Source: Mycoplasmatales bacterium (GTDB taxonomy: Bacteria > Bacillota_I > Bacilli_A > Mycoplasmatales > JABAAY01). From it: a stretch of 47,121 nucleotides of DNA. The stretch is taken from contig JABAAY010000002.1 in NCBI GenBank assembly GCA_014238525.1, forward strand, positions 1 to 47,121, written 5' to 3'. Position 1 is the stretch's first letter. Each line of letters starts with the position of its first letter. Positions 16,076 to 25,947 of this stretch are shown piece after piece. The translations under genes were made by a program, and so were the position numbers. Below the pieces are notes generated by a model that saw only the letters and a program-made list of their open reading frames with translations, searched no databases and was not told where the DNA came from.

Positions 16076-16686
16076 TATTCTTTATTCCCTTCTGGGTTAT
16101 CGTTATTCTCTTCTTTGCCCTCTTCTTCGTCTTCTTTTTCTGTGCCATCCAAATTAATTCCATCATCGGCTGGAGCTGCGGTCGTTTGTGCTTCTTCTAA
16201 AGCAGCTTGATATGCTGCTTCTGCCATTGCTTTTTCTTCTGAAGGAAGTGGAGCTTCAATTAACTCATGCTCAAATCCTTCAACTTCTATACCCATGTTA
16301 CGAGCTGTTCCTTCAATAACTTTAATAGCGGCCTTTATATCGTTCGCATTAAGATCTACTAATTTGTATTCTGCTATTTCTGTGATTTGTTTTTTAGAAA
16401 TTTTTCCCACGTTTTCTCTTCCAGGTAAAGAGGAACCTTTCTTAACTCCTGCTGCTTTCTTTATCAATATAGATGCAGGTGTTGTTTTTAAAACAAATGA
16501 AAAACTCTTGTCTTCGTACGCAGTTATAATAACTGGGACAATGTCACCCATTCTTTCTTTTGTTTTGTCATTAAATTCAACACAAAATTGAGGCATGTTA
16601 ATGCCTAAAGATGCTAGCTCAGCACCTGGTTTTGCCTGCCCTGCGTTAAATTGTATTTTCGCTATTCTTTTTATTTTTTTAGCCAC
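16075..16686 (-). CDS. rplK: 50S ribosomal protein L11 with a ~60-aa acidic C-terminal extension (203 aa)
   Basis: I prefer the GTG at 16686, which is preceded by GGAG 7 nt upstream and gives the canonical N-terminus (M)[20 protein letters not shown]. An upstream GTG at 16719 is possible but has no Shine-Dalgarno. The L11 core ends near [12 protein letters not shown], then the frame continues through ...[18 protein letters not shown]...[19 protein letters not shown]. Confidence 0.88.
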
Positions 16687-16745
16687 GAAACTTCTCCATT
16701 CCTGCGTGGTTAGACCCACTCACTAATTTTATATATTATATATAA

Positions 16746-17300
16746 TTATTTAATTTTTTCTAAGTATATAAATTCTATTTCCATCGGGGTATGACGCCCC
16801 AAAAATTCGATATCAACTGTAGCAACCGCTTTTTTTTCTTCTATTCTTGAGATTTTACCTTGTTGATGTTTAAAAGGTCCAAATAAAATCGTTACATTTT
16901 CACCAATTTCAAAATTATAGTTGTAATCAACATTTTTGTGATTTTCGTGCGAGCTGATTTTTTCTAACATTTCACTCACTTCTTTTTCTGTTAAAGGAAT
17001 TGGTTTGGTGCCCTTTCCGCTAGACCCACTTATCCCTGTTACGCCAGGTGTGTTTCTCACAATGTATCATGCTTCATCATTCATGGTCATGTATACAAAT
17101 AAGTAGCCAGGATATAAATTTCTTTCCTGTTCCTTGCCTGTTTTGTCATGAATTTCACGTTTTTTAACTATACGAACATCTAAAATTAATTGTGCAACTT
17201 CAGCGCTTTCTGCTCTTTTAATTAAGTCGGCTCTGACTTTTTCTTCTTGTCTGCTGTAACAAGTAACTACATACCATCTAGGTTTTTGTGCTTCTTCCAT
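16746..17300 (-). CDS. nusG: Transcription termination/antitermination factor NusG (184 aa)
   Basis: Two ORFs join at TGA 17067 (EAW-YIVRNTPGVTG). It has an NGN domain start (WYVVTCYSRQEEKV) and a KOW region (GENVTILFGPFKHQQGKI). Confidence 0.92.
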
Positions 17301-17318
17301 TATTATCCTTTATTATTT

Positions 17319-17666
17319 TTATTGGGCAAGAACGAGGGCCAGAAATCCAAAATCTACACCGTACAAAATTGCTGCAAGAATAGCACCAAAAATAATAACA
17401 ATTACAAAGTCTTTCACCAATGGTTTGCCCACATGTCATTTTACTCTTCGCAATTCTCTGTTCATGTTGAACAGAAATTCCACAGTTTTTTTTCGAAAAG
17501 ATTGTCAGTAAGTTACTCCGCTGTCCTTTCTTTCTTGTTTTTTTACTCTTTTTTCTTCCGCATACTCGACACGCTCTTTACTTCTAGCTTCAATTTTCTC
17601 TAAACGTATTTTTTTCTTTTGAAGTTGAATTTTCTGTTTTAGCGTTAACTTGTCTTTTTCTTCCAT
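17319..17666 (-). CDS. secE: Preprotein translocase subunit SecE with a Lys/Glu-rich N-terminal extension (115 aa)
   Basis: ATG at 17666 abuts the rpmG stop. The C-terminal part (ELRRVKW(TGA)HVGKPLVKDFVIVIIFGAILAAILYGVDF) is the typical SecE TM segment. It lies between rpmG and nusG, as in Firmicutes. Confidence 0.8.
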
Positions 17667-17807
17667 TTATACGGTTTCTCTATGCTCTTGATAATTATTA
17701 CATTTTTTACAATACTTTTTAATAACAAATAATTTATTATTTGTTATTGACATATTGTAGTTAATGCTATTACAATTGGTGCACTCTACTTTTGTTTTAG
17801 CGGACAT
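17667..17807 (-). CDS. rpmG: 50S ribosomal protein L33 (46 aa)
   Basis: The sequence is MSAKTKVECTNCNSINY...KKYCKKCNNYQEHRETV, with the Cys-x2-Cys...Cys-x2-Cys zinc-ribbon pattern and the HRET end typical of L33. Confidence 0.85.
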   Translation of the reverse strand: MSAKTKVECTNCNSINYNMSITNNKLFVIKKYCKKCNNYQEHRETV

Positions 17808-17822
17808 GTAAATTATTATACA

Positions 17823-18389
17823 TTATGACTTATTGAAAATAGCTCTCACTTTTTTGATCATTTGATAATTTAAGGAATTTAATTTTGGTCGTGAGATACA
17901 CATCTTTTCTTCTATTTCTTTACTCTTGTACCCCTCGACTTTTAATTGACATAGTTCTTTTTCCTTTTCGTTAAGCTTATCCGAGTAAATAATTTTATCA
18001 ATAATCAATTTATTGAATATTTGTTCATGTATATTGGTTTTATTTTGTATAAAAAATTTTAAATTATCATAGTTGCTACTCTTATTAATTGTCTGATGTT
18101 TTAATGTTAAAAACTTTTTAATATAATCATTGCTTAACCCCTTAAGAGTTGTTATAAAAAATTGTACAAAATTAATTTTAAAACTTTTGTCATATCTGTA
18201 AATAGAACGAACAAAAGATTTGTGGATTATAAAGTCAAAATCGTTGATTTCAAGACCTACATTATAAAATTTATTTAATTTGCTCCTCAGAAGAATTTTA
18301 GCTTTTTTATAATGCCTATTTAACAGCAAATTAAATAGCTCACTGCTAAATTCATTTTGTAATAAGTATGCTATTTCATTATCTGTCAT
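17823..18389 (-). CDS. Alternative RNA polymerase sigma factor, SigH/sigma-70 family-like (188 aa)
   Basis: It occupies the sigH slot of the Firmicute cysS-rlmB-sigH-rpmG-secE-nusG cluster. The C-terminal region resembles a region-4 HTH (LNEKEKELCQLKVEGYKSKEIEEKMCISRPKLNSLNYQMIKKVR). The size is typical of group-4-like sigma factors. Confidence 0.6.
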   Translation of the reverse strand: MTDNEIAYLLQNEFSSELFNLLLNRHYKKAKILLRSKLNKFYNVGLEINDFDFIIHKSFVRSIYRYDKSFKINFVQFFITTLKGLSNDYIKKFLTLKHQTINKSSNYDNLKFFIQNKTNIHEQIFNKLIIDKIIYSDKLNEKEKELCQLKVEGYKSKEIEEKMCISRPKLNSLNYQMIKKVRAIFNKS

Positions 18390-19149
18390 TTTTCATTTCA
18401 AAATTTTTACTTAAAATAACTGCAGTTGCACTGCTAACATTTAGACTTTCCACTACAGGATTGGTCTGAATTCAAGAATAGTAATCACAATTCTTTTGCA
18501 AAATAGGTTTCACTCCAACGGCTTCATTGCCAACAATAAATGCTGTATTTTGTCGAGGATCAGTATACTCGAATTTTTGTTCGGCTTTGCCTTTACACAT
18601 ACCTACTGTAACTACATCGTGTTTTTTCAATTTCAATATAGCATCGTGAATGTTTTTTACTCTAATAATTTTAATATTGGTGACGTATCCTGCGGACGTC
18701 TTATAAACTGTTCCGTTAACTTGAGATTGATTTTTGTCACAAATAATTATGTAATTAACTTTAAAAGCTACTGCGTTTCTAATTATTGAGCCAAAATTTT
18801 GCGGATCCTGAATTTGATCTAAAACAAGAAATGTAATTCCGTCATTTGGACGTGTGTTTTCGAGGGTTTTTTTCATATCGTAGTATTGAAATTCACTTTT
18901 CAATTCAGCAATAACGCCTTGGTGATTGACATTCATCATATTTGTCAATGCAGATTTATTTTTATAAACAATTTTCCCATTTAATTCGGGCATTTTTGCA
19001 AACGGAGAATCAAAATAAGTAAAAACTTTTTTTATTGCAATTTTCTCATCTATAATTTTTTGCACTATTTTCTTCCCATAAACAATATTGGAATTTTCCA
19101 ATAAATTTATAGATTTAAAATTATTTTTTTTAAATTTTGGTCTATTCAT
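18379..19149 (-). CDS. rlmB: TrmH/SpoU-family 23S rRNA 2'-O-methyltransferase (RlmB/YacO-like, 256 aa)
   Basis: Track ORF 18472..19149 continues through TGA 18472 to TAA 18379. SpoU motifs present: DQIQDPQNFGSIIRN, AFIVGNEAVG and SLNVSSATAVIL. It lies in the syntenic position after cysS. Confidence 0.85.
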
Positions 19150-20471
19150 TATAAAATACTTTTTTCAATAAGGATTTTCCTTATTTTGTCTGCTTCCTGA
19201 TATTTCTTTTCACTTTTCTTAGTGCATCATTCTTCGTATAGTTTCTTTTCCTCTGTTGTTATTTGTACATCTTCAAAAACAAATCCTAAAATTGTTTTTA
19301 AGCAATATATTGTCTTTGAAAAGCAATCGTTTAACTTTGTGACATTTTTCTCAAAATTTTTATACAGTGTATGTATTTCTGTTATTTTCTTATCCACTTC
19401 GGAAAGGATGTTAGGAAAATTAAAGTCATCTTGAATAGCTTGCTCTATTTCCGAATCAATTTCGTTCTTTTCCTGTAGTCGGATGCCTTGTATTTGAAAA
19501 TTTTTACTGACTTTTTGAAAAAGAGAATCTCACGCTGCCACTTTTGTTTTAGCTTCTGTCAATAAAGAAGAATTTAGATTAATGGGTGCCTCATAAGAGG
19601 ATTTGTAAAAAATATAACGCAAAGTGTTCGGATCATTATTGTTTAAAAAATCTTTAATTTTAAGTATATTTCCTAAAGATTTAGACATTTTTACTCCAAA
19701 AATATTTAAACTTCCGTTGTGCATTCAAATATTGGCTAACGGTTTTTGATCATATGCATATTTTTGAATTATTTCGTTTTCGTGGTGGGGAAATTTTAAA
19801 TCCACTCCCCCGATGTGAATATCGACAAATCCTTGTAAAAATTTTTCAATAAATGCGACACATTGGGTATGTCACCCAGGCCTGCCCTTCCCATATTTAG
19901 AATCCCACTTGATTCCACCATCAGTATTTTTTCACAAGACAAAGTCAGCAAAATATTTTTTATTTTTGTCGTTGTCAAGCGTTTCATTCATTTTTTCTAA
20001 ATTTTGATTGCTTAATTTCCCATACACCTTGGAAAACTTCTTAACATTGAAGTAGACATTTCCACCCGATTTATAAGCCGCATTCAGATCAAAAAGTTTA
20101 TCGATATAATTTAAAATGGTATCTATTTCATTTGTAACTTGCGGTTCACAGGTGGGTGTAAGTAAATTTAATTTTTGTTGATTTTCTCTATAATTTTTAA
20201 TGTTTGTTTCTGAAATATATTTTTCATCAACATTTTGTTGTTTTGCGCTAAGTATAATTTTGTCATCTATGTCAGTAATGTTTACAACTGTTTTAACTTC
20301 GATTTTGTGATGTCTAAAATATCTAGTTAATACATCTGCAAGAATAAGTGGTCGCATGTTTCCTATGTGGAGTTCACTATAAACTGTAGGACCGCAAACA
20401 TATATTTTCAATGTTTGTTTTGATAAATCAATGTTTTCTTTTTTTTGGGTAAGAGTGTTAAATATCTTCAT
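19149..20471 (-). CDS. cysS: Cysteine--tRNA ligase (440 aa)
   Basis: The frame is joined across TGA codons only, and I checked all of 19149..19932. Motifs present: [13 protein letters not shown] (HIGH), GRPGW(TGA)[16 protein letters not shown] and KMSKS. The stop TAA at 19149..19151 overlaps the rlmB ATG. Confidence 0.95.
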
Positions 20472-22560
20472 TTTTTATTGCTCAATGTTTATTAGTTATT
20501 GTACTCATTTTTAACTTTTTTGTACTTGAAATATTTCTATATTTGTCTTCAATTTCCTGTGGAACGGGTTTAGAGGATAAAAAATACTTAGTAAGTTCAT
20601 TGCTCGGGGAGCTTTCTATCTTTTGCTTGTCTCCTTGTTCCACGCAAACACCGTTGAAAAAAAACGAAACTTGTTCTGTTATTGGACTTATATACTTGTA
20701 ATTATTAGGGCTTGAAATAAATACTATTTTTGTATCGCTCTCCTTAATAACGAATTTAAGTTGATTTAAAAAATCTTTGAATTCCTTTTGATTTTTGTGA
20801 AAATTATATTTTTGCAAATTAATAACTAAAAGTCTTGCATTAAAAAATATGGCAAAAATAGCCGTAATTTTATTTAGTCACAGTTCGTTAACCGTGTCTG
20901 CTTTTGTTTGTAGAAAATCACCGTTTATTCCTGCTTTGTTAAAAAGTTCTGTTAGTTTATCGTATTGATCATCTAGTATCTCATAAGCCGAAACTGCGCT
21001 ATTTTCACTATAGAGGTTTTGAGTAGTGGCTTGCGAGTGAAAATTTTCTTTAACTGCTTTGTATCTGCTTTCAAAAGTTCTCTTTTGTTGATTAGAAAAT
21101 AGTTTACTGTTATCTTTATAAAATTCTCCAAATTCCTTTTTACTGTTGTTTTCAAAAGATTTTTTAAAAACAAATCTGTATTGTTTAGGAGGTTTGTTAA
21201 CGTAAAAATGATTTAGAATTTTCTTTTCTCATAAAATTAGACTATTCAGTGCTTGTTTTTTTTTGCTAGTCAACGTTTTTATTTTTTCTTTTCTTTCCGC
21301 CTTACAATTTTTGATTTGCTGTTTGTAGTGAACAACGTTAGTGCGGTAGCGTTCAAATGCATTCCAAGTACTGTTGGAAAACTTTTTATCAATATTTTGA
21401 AGATGTTTCTTGTGATTATACTTCAGCAAACGGTATGGCTGTGTAAAGTGTTTGTCTTTAAAAATTTTAGATTTAAGAAAGAAAGATTCTATTTTGTGTG
21501 TGTATTGATCGTTGTAGTTACGTTCATGTTCTTTTATTTCAAAAAATTCTTTTTCAATAATTTTGTCATATTTTGCTCTAAGTGCATCAATTTCAACAAA
21601 ATTTCTTGCTTCAAACAGACTGATTACTTTCCCTTTTTTTCAACTAGAAATCGAAGCGTTTGGTCCTTGTTCTTCAACTAACTTCTTATCCAAAGCAATA
21701 AAAAATTTTTTGAAGTAATCGGAATTTTTCTTTAATTTTTTGACTTTTTTATGGTTAGTTTTAAGTTGTTTAATCGATAGCATGTCTAATTCATGACGAT
21801 ATTGCTTTTTTTTGTTGCTATAATTTTCCACAAATTCGTTGTTTGTTTTGGTGAGTTTTTCCAAAAAAATGCGCACTTCATGTCAGTTGTGTTCATACAT
21901 TTTCTTGTATTTTGTTTTTAACTCTTTTTTTTGCAAAACAAAAGAATCCACTGCAGCTTCCACAACCGTTTTAAATTCGTTTTTCTCCAAATAATAGTTA
22001 GTGTTTGCAATTTTTACTAAAGACTTTTCTTCACTTATTTTCTTCTTGTAATTGTTAGTGATTGTATTTTTTTTGTCTTCGTAGTACTCTACAAAATTAT
22101 GAAAGTACTCCTTTTCTTTTGTTTCAATGCTTTTTAATTTTTCGTGTTCGTTTTTTGGGACAACTGTTCGTCAATAATCTATTTTGCTTGTTAAGTTTTG
22201 GAGGAATAACCTTTTTCGTTGTTTGGATTGTAACTTTGAATCTTTAAAAAGCTCTGCAAAGAATGTATCAACAATTCTATATCTGTTTTTTAAGATTCTC
22301 CGTTTGATATCAAAAAAATTAACAGAAAATAATTCTTCATCTCAAAAATTTATAGAATTGTCGTTATTGTACGCGTTTATTTCTCCATTAAAAGGCAACT
22401 TTTTATTAAACATTTTTTCTATATCGTTATAGTGAGCGTTTGAAAAAAATGTTCAATATCTAGTTTTATTATCCAGAAGAAACTCTTCGTTTTTGAAAAC
22501 TTCCTTGTGAAAGTTTTCGTTTGTTGAGAACTTAAGCTTGTTGAATTCTATTACACTCAT
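20458..22560 (-). CDS. Lys-rich 700-aa protein; degenerate OppF-like ABC ATPase paralog lacking Walker A, signature, Walker B and H-loop
   Basis: A single code-4 frame runs from ATG 22560 to TAA 20458, with nine TGA and no TAA or TAG. It subsumes track ORFs 21640..21876, 21229..21429 and 20482..20817. The C-terminal ~120 aa are collinear with OppF of this window: LFNKAGINGDF / ITAIFAIFFNARLLVINLQ / TKIVFISSP / VSFFFNGVCVEQGDKQKI / ELTKYFLSS. Confidence 0.65.
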
Positions 22561-22588
22561 AAAATCATTATAAGTATAATATTAAAAT
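22561..22588. promoter_or_regulatory. 28-bp divergent intergenic region with back-to-back TATAAT boxes (probable leaderless transcripts)
   Basis: The plus-strand TATAAT at 22575..22580 lies 8 nt before ATG 22589. The minus-strand TATAAT (complement of 22567..22572) lies 6 nt before ATG 22560. Neither side has a Shine-Dalgarno. Confidence 0.35.
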
Positions 22589-22987
22589 ATGAAAACAAAA
22601 ATAGCGATTATTTTGTCATCGTGGTGAATAATAACAATTATCTTTATGTTTCCTTTGGCTATAGAATTTGGTTCTACGCGTGATGTCCCCGGTGGAGTTG
22701 CTTATGAGGTTATTGCAGTTATTTTTTTGGTTATTGATGGATTGGGGGGAATAATTTCATTTGGTTCTGGAGTTAGATTGCAAAAAGGAAAGGCAATCAA
22801 AAATGCTCATCTAAAAAATACACGTTCAGCCAAAGAAAGTGAGATGGTGGATTCCTTTGCCACTAATCATCTAGGATCTTACAACTATGTTACTTTTATT
22901 GCGAGAGTAAGGTATTCATTCTATATTTTGTTTTTTTGAATGATTAATTTCATAAGTGTTTTGTCAATATTTCTTTTTCTAAGGTAG
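22589..22987 (+). CDS. Small integral membrane protein (132 aa, 3-4 TM)
   Basis: ATG at 22589. The frame joins track ORF 22646..22939 through TGA codons (SSWW, FFW) and ends at TAG 22985..22987. Hydrophobic segments: IAIILSSWWIITIIFMF, VIAVIFLVIDGLGGIISF and FYILFFWMINFISVLSIFLFL. Confidence 0.55.
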
Positions 22988-22997
22988 AGATACTTTT

Positions 22998-24842
22998 TTA
23001 TTCCAACACAAAATGTGTTTCAGATAATTTTCTATATTTTTGGTGGTCTGAAAGAAGCTCATCAAAATAATTAGATTTTTGCTCTTTCAAGTTTTGGATA
23101 GTTGTTAAAGATTTCATTAAATTTTTTGTATATGGGTGTTGTGTATTACTGAATATCTCTTTTGAAGTTCCTTTTTCAACAATTTTACCGTTGTACATAA
23201 CAACTAGTCGATCACAAACATATTCAACAACTCTTAAATCGTGTGCAATTAAAATAATTGTGAACTTGTATTTTTCTTGTAGATCTTTTAATAAATTTAT
23301 AACCTGGGCTTGAACACTAACATCAAGTGCGGATATTGGTTCGTCCGCAATTAGTATGCTAGGGTTAACAACAAGAGCTCTGGCGATACCCACTCTTTGC
23401 ATTTGTCCACCGGATAACTCTGAAGGAAAATTATTGGAAAAAGCAGGATTTAAGCCACAATCACGCATTGAAGTATAAACTTTTTGTCTAATCTGTTTAT
23501 TTCGATTCACAACACTGTGCTTTTCCTTAGTTTTTTTGGTAATTTCCCTAATCTTTTTTTGTGTTGCTGACGAAAGTTTTCCTCTTGTTTGTTTATTGTT
23601 TAATTTTTGCTCACATTTTTTAATAAATTTGTAATGTGTAGCGTGCAATCTTTCTATTTCCTTTTGGCTTTTTTCTATTTTAATCTTAAGGTCGCGAGTG
23701 TGTTTTTGTTTATTTTTATGAAAATAAACAATCTGTTCACGTAATGTTTGTCTAAAAAGAGAGGTGTACTTTGCAATATTGTTAATATATTTTTCTCTAG
23801 CCACTTTTGTTAATGCTTCATGCGCGGAACCATTTTCAGTCAATATCGACTCTTTTGCCTCTATAATTTTTGTTCGTTTTTCAAATTCATACTGTTGTAA
23901 TCAATTAATGTGTTTTTTAAATTCATTTTTTTCAACTTTGGTTGTAATATTGTTTTTTAGTTTTTCAGCTCTTTCTTGATTTCTTTTTCGTTCTTGTTCA
24001 AAACCTTTACTTATGGCGTCAATCGCTTTGCTAATTTTCGCTGTAGTGGTTGCATCTAAGGGTTTTTTCTCAAGATTGTTATCTCGTGTTTTCTCTAATG
24101 ACTCTCTAAACAAAGATCTTTCTTTTTCTCTATAGGCGCTTATGGCTTGTTTGTAATATTTTTTTTCAAGTTTAGGCAGTCTTTTGTGCTGTGTAATTTC
24201 TGCATGCGCGCTTAAAATTTTGTTCTGCTCTATGTCAACATGGAATAGATAATCTTTGTAACTAGAGCGATAATACGATAATAATTCAACGATATTGTTT
24301 TGTGTGTCCTTGCGTTTTTTTTCATCTTTTATCAGGTCTTCGGCTTTCAACAACTCTATTTCTAACTTCAGATATCGATACGCTTTTTTTGCCTTATCTT
24401 TAAAGTCATTTTTATTAAGTAAACCCTCTGCAATTATGTCAAATATTTTTTTACTTGTGTTTACAGAACCAAAAGGGTCTTGAAATATCATTTGCACTGT
24501 GTCAGCCATTCAGGAATTAAATGATCCCTTGATGGCGTTGGAACGGGCAGGAATTGATCGTTGATTTATTCCAATTGATCCGTTTTGTCTATTGTATAAG
24601 CCTAACATTGTTCTTGCTGTTGTTGTTTTTCCGCTACCAGATTCTCCAACTATTCCAAAAAATTCGCCAGTTTTAACAGAAAAACTAATGTCGTCTACGG
24701 CTTTCACTAATTTTCCGTTGCTACTAAAAAAAACAGAAAGATTTTTAACATCCACTGCTTTTTTATGTTCTTGTATGCGAATAACTTTTTCTTGTTTTTC
24801 ATCGACTATTTGTGTAGCAGAGGAAACTTGTTCTTTTTTCAT
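22998..24842 (-). CDS. oppF: Oligopeptide ABC transporter ATP-binding protein OppF with a ~300-aa Lys/Glu-rich insertion (614 aa)
   Basis: Three ORFs in one frame join at TGA 23901 and 24510. Motifs: Walker A GESGSGKT, Q-loop MIFQDP, signature LSGGQMQR, Walker B ILIADEP, H-loop IAHD and QHPYTKNL. The insertion lies between the Q-loop and the signature. As I recall it, a large OppF of this kind is known from M. genitalium and M. pneumoniae. Confidence 0.9.
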
Positions 24843-24843
24843 T

Positions 24844-25947
24844 TTATACTAGCCCTTTTTTAAATTTGTCCCATCTTTCTTTTATTATAGTAGGTGGTAA
24901 ATATTCAGGTGCTTTAGAATCTAACAATCATGTTGCAGCATAATGGGTTTCACTAATTTTTTTTAGATCGGGTTTCTCAACGAAATCAATGTTTAAACTA
25001 TAGTCATTTCTAGGAGCAAAGGCATCACCTTTAATAGTTGCGATATTTAAAGGAACAGAACCGTGTATTGAGTGTAATCGTTTGTTTCCAGAATTAACAT
25101 CTGGCGAGGACATTATTAAACCTCAGGTATAAGGATGCTGAGAATTAAATAGTACTTCTTTTGCTGTACCAATTTCTACAATTCTTCCCGCATACATGAC
25201 AGCAATTCTATTTGCAATAGAACTTACAACTCCCAAATCGTGGGTTATAAAAATCGCACTTTTGTTGAAAGAATTCTGCAATTCTCTTATTATTTTTAGA
25301 ATCTCAGCCTCAACAGTTGGATCAAGCGCTGTAGTGGGTTCATCAAAAATAATAACTTCTGGATTGCACGCCAATGCAGCACAAATAACAATTCTTTGTT
25401 TTTGTCCTCCACTTATTTCATGTGGATATAAATTGTAAACTCTCTCAGGGTTTTTTATTTTTACTTGACGCATAAGATGAAGAGCTTTTTCCTTGGCTAC
25501 TTTTTTGCTTTTAGTAATCTTGTGAATTAAAAAACTTTCCCTAATTTGTTTCCCGACTTTGTAGACGGGGTTCAGAGTACTAAGTGGATTTTGGAAAATT
25601 TTAGTAATAACAGAGCCTCTTAATTTTTGTCACTGTTTTTCTTTATATTTTGTAACATCTTGTTCCATAATTTTAATTGAACCAGTGGTATAAACAGAGC
25701 CTTTAGGTGCCAGTCCCATTAATGTGCTTGTCAAAACCGTTTTACCGCATCCTGATTCTCCAACAAACGCTAACACTTCTTTTTTGTGCAAGCGGAAGCT
25801 AACATTTTCAACAATTTTCTTTCCTTTTCGGGTACTTTTTTTCTTTTTAATTTCTAAAGAAAGATTACTGACATCGATTAACACATCGGATTTTTCTTTA
25901 TTGCTTTGCAATATTGGTGTTGTTTTTTTTAGTGGTTGTTTTTTCAT
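24844..25947 (-). CDS. oppD: Oligopeptide ABC transporter ATP-binding protein OppD (367 aa)
   Basis: Three ORFs plus a C-terminal tail join across TGA codons. Motifs: GESGCGKT, ISGGQKQR, IIFDEPTTALD and ITHDL. TAA at 24844..24846 lies 1 nt before the oppF ATG. Confidence 0.92.

Noticed and set aside
19796-19987. 63-aa minus-strand ORF within cysS.
   Set aside because: It is out of frame with the CysRS reading frame, which continues uninterrupted through this region under code 4.
23440-24440. The ~300-aa Lys/Glu-rich insertion in OppF, as a possible novel domain.
   Set aside because: As I recall, very large OppF proteins with an insertion between the Q-loop and the signature motif are already known from M. 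genitalium and M. pneumoniae. I treat it as a lineage trait rather than a new finding. It is relevant only as the template for the degenerate paralog at 20458..22560.
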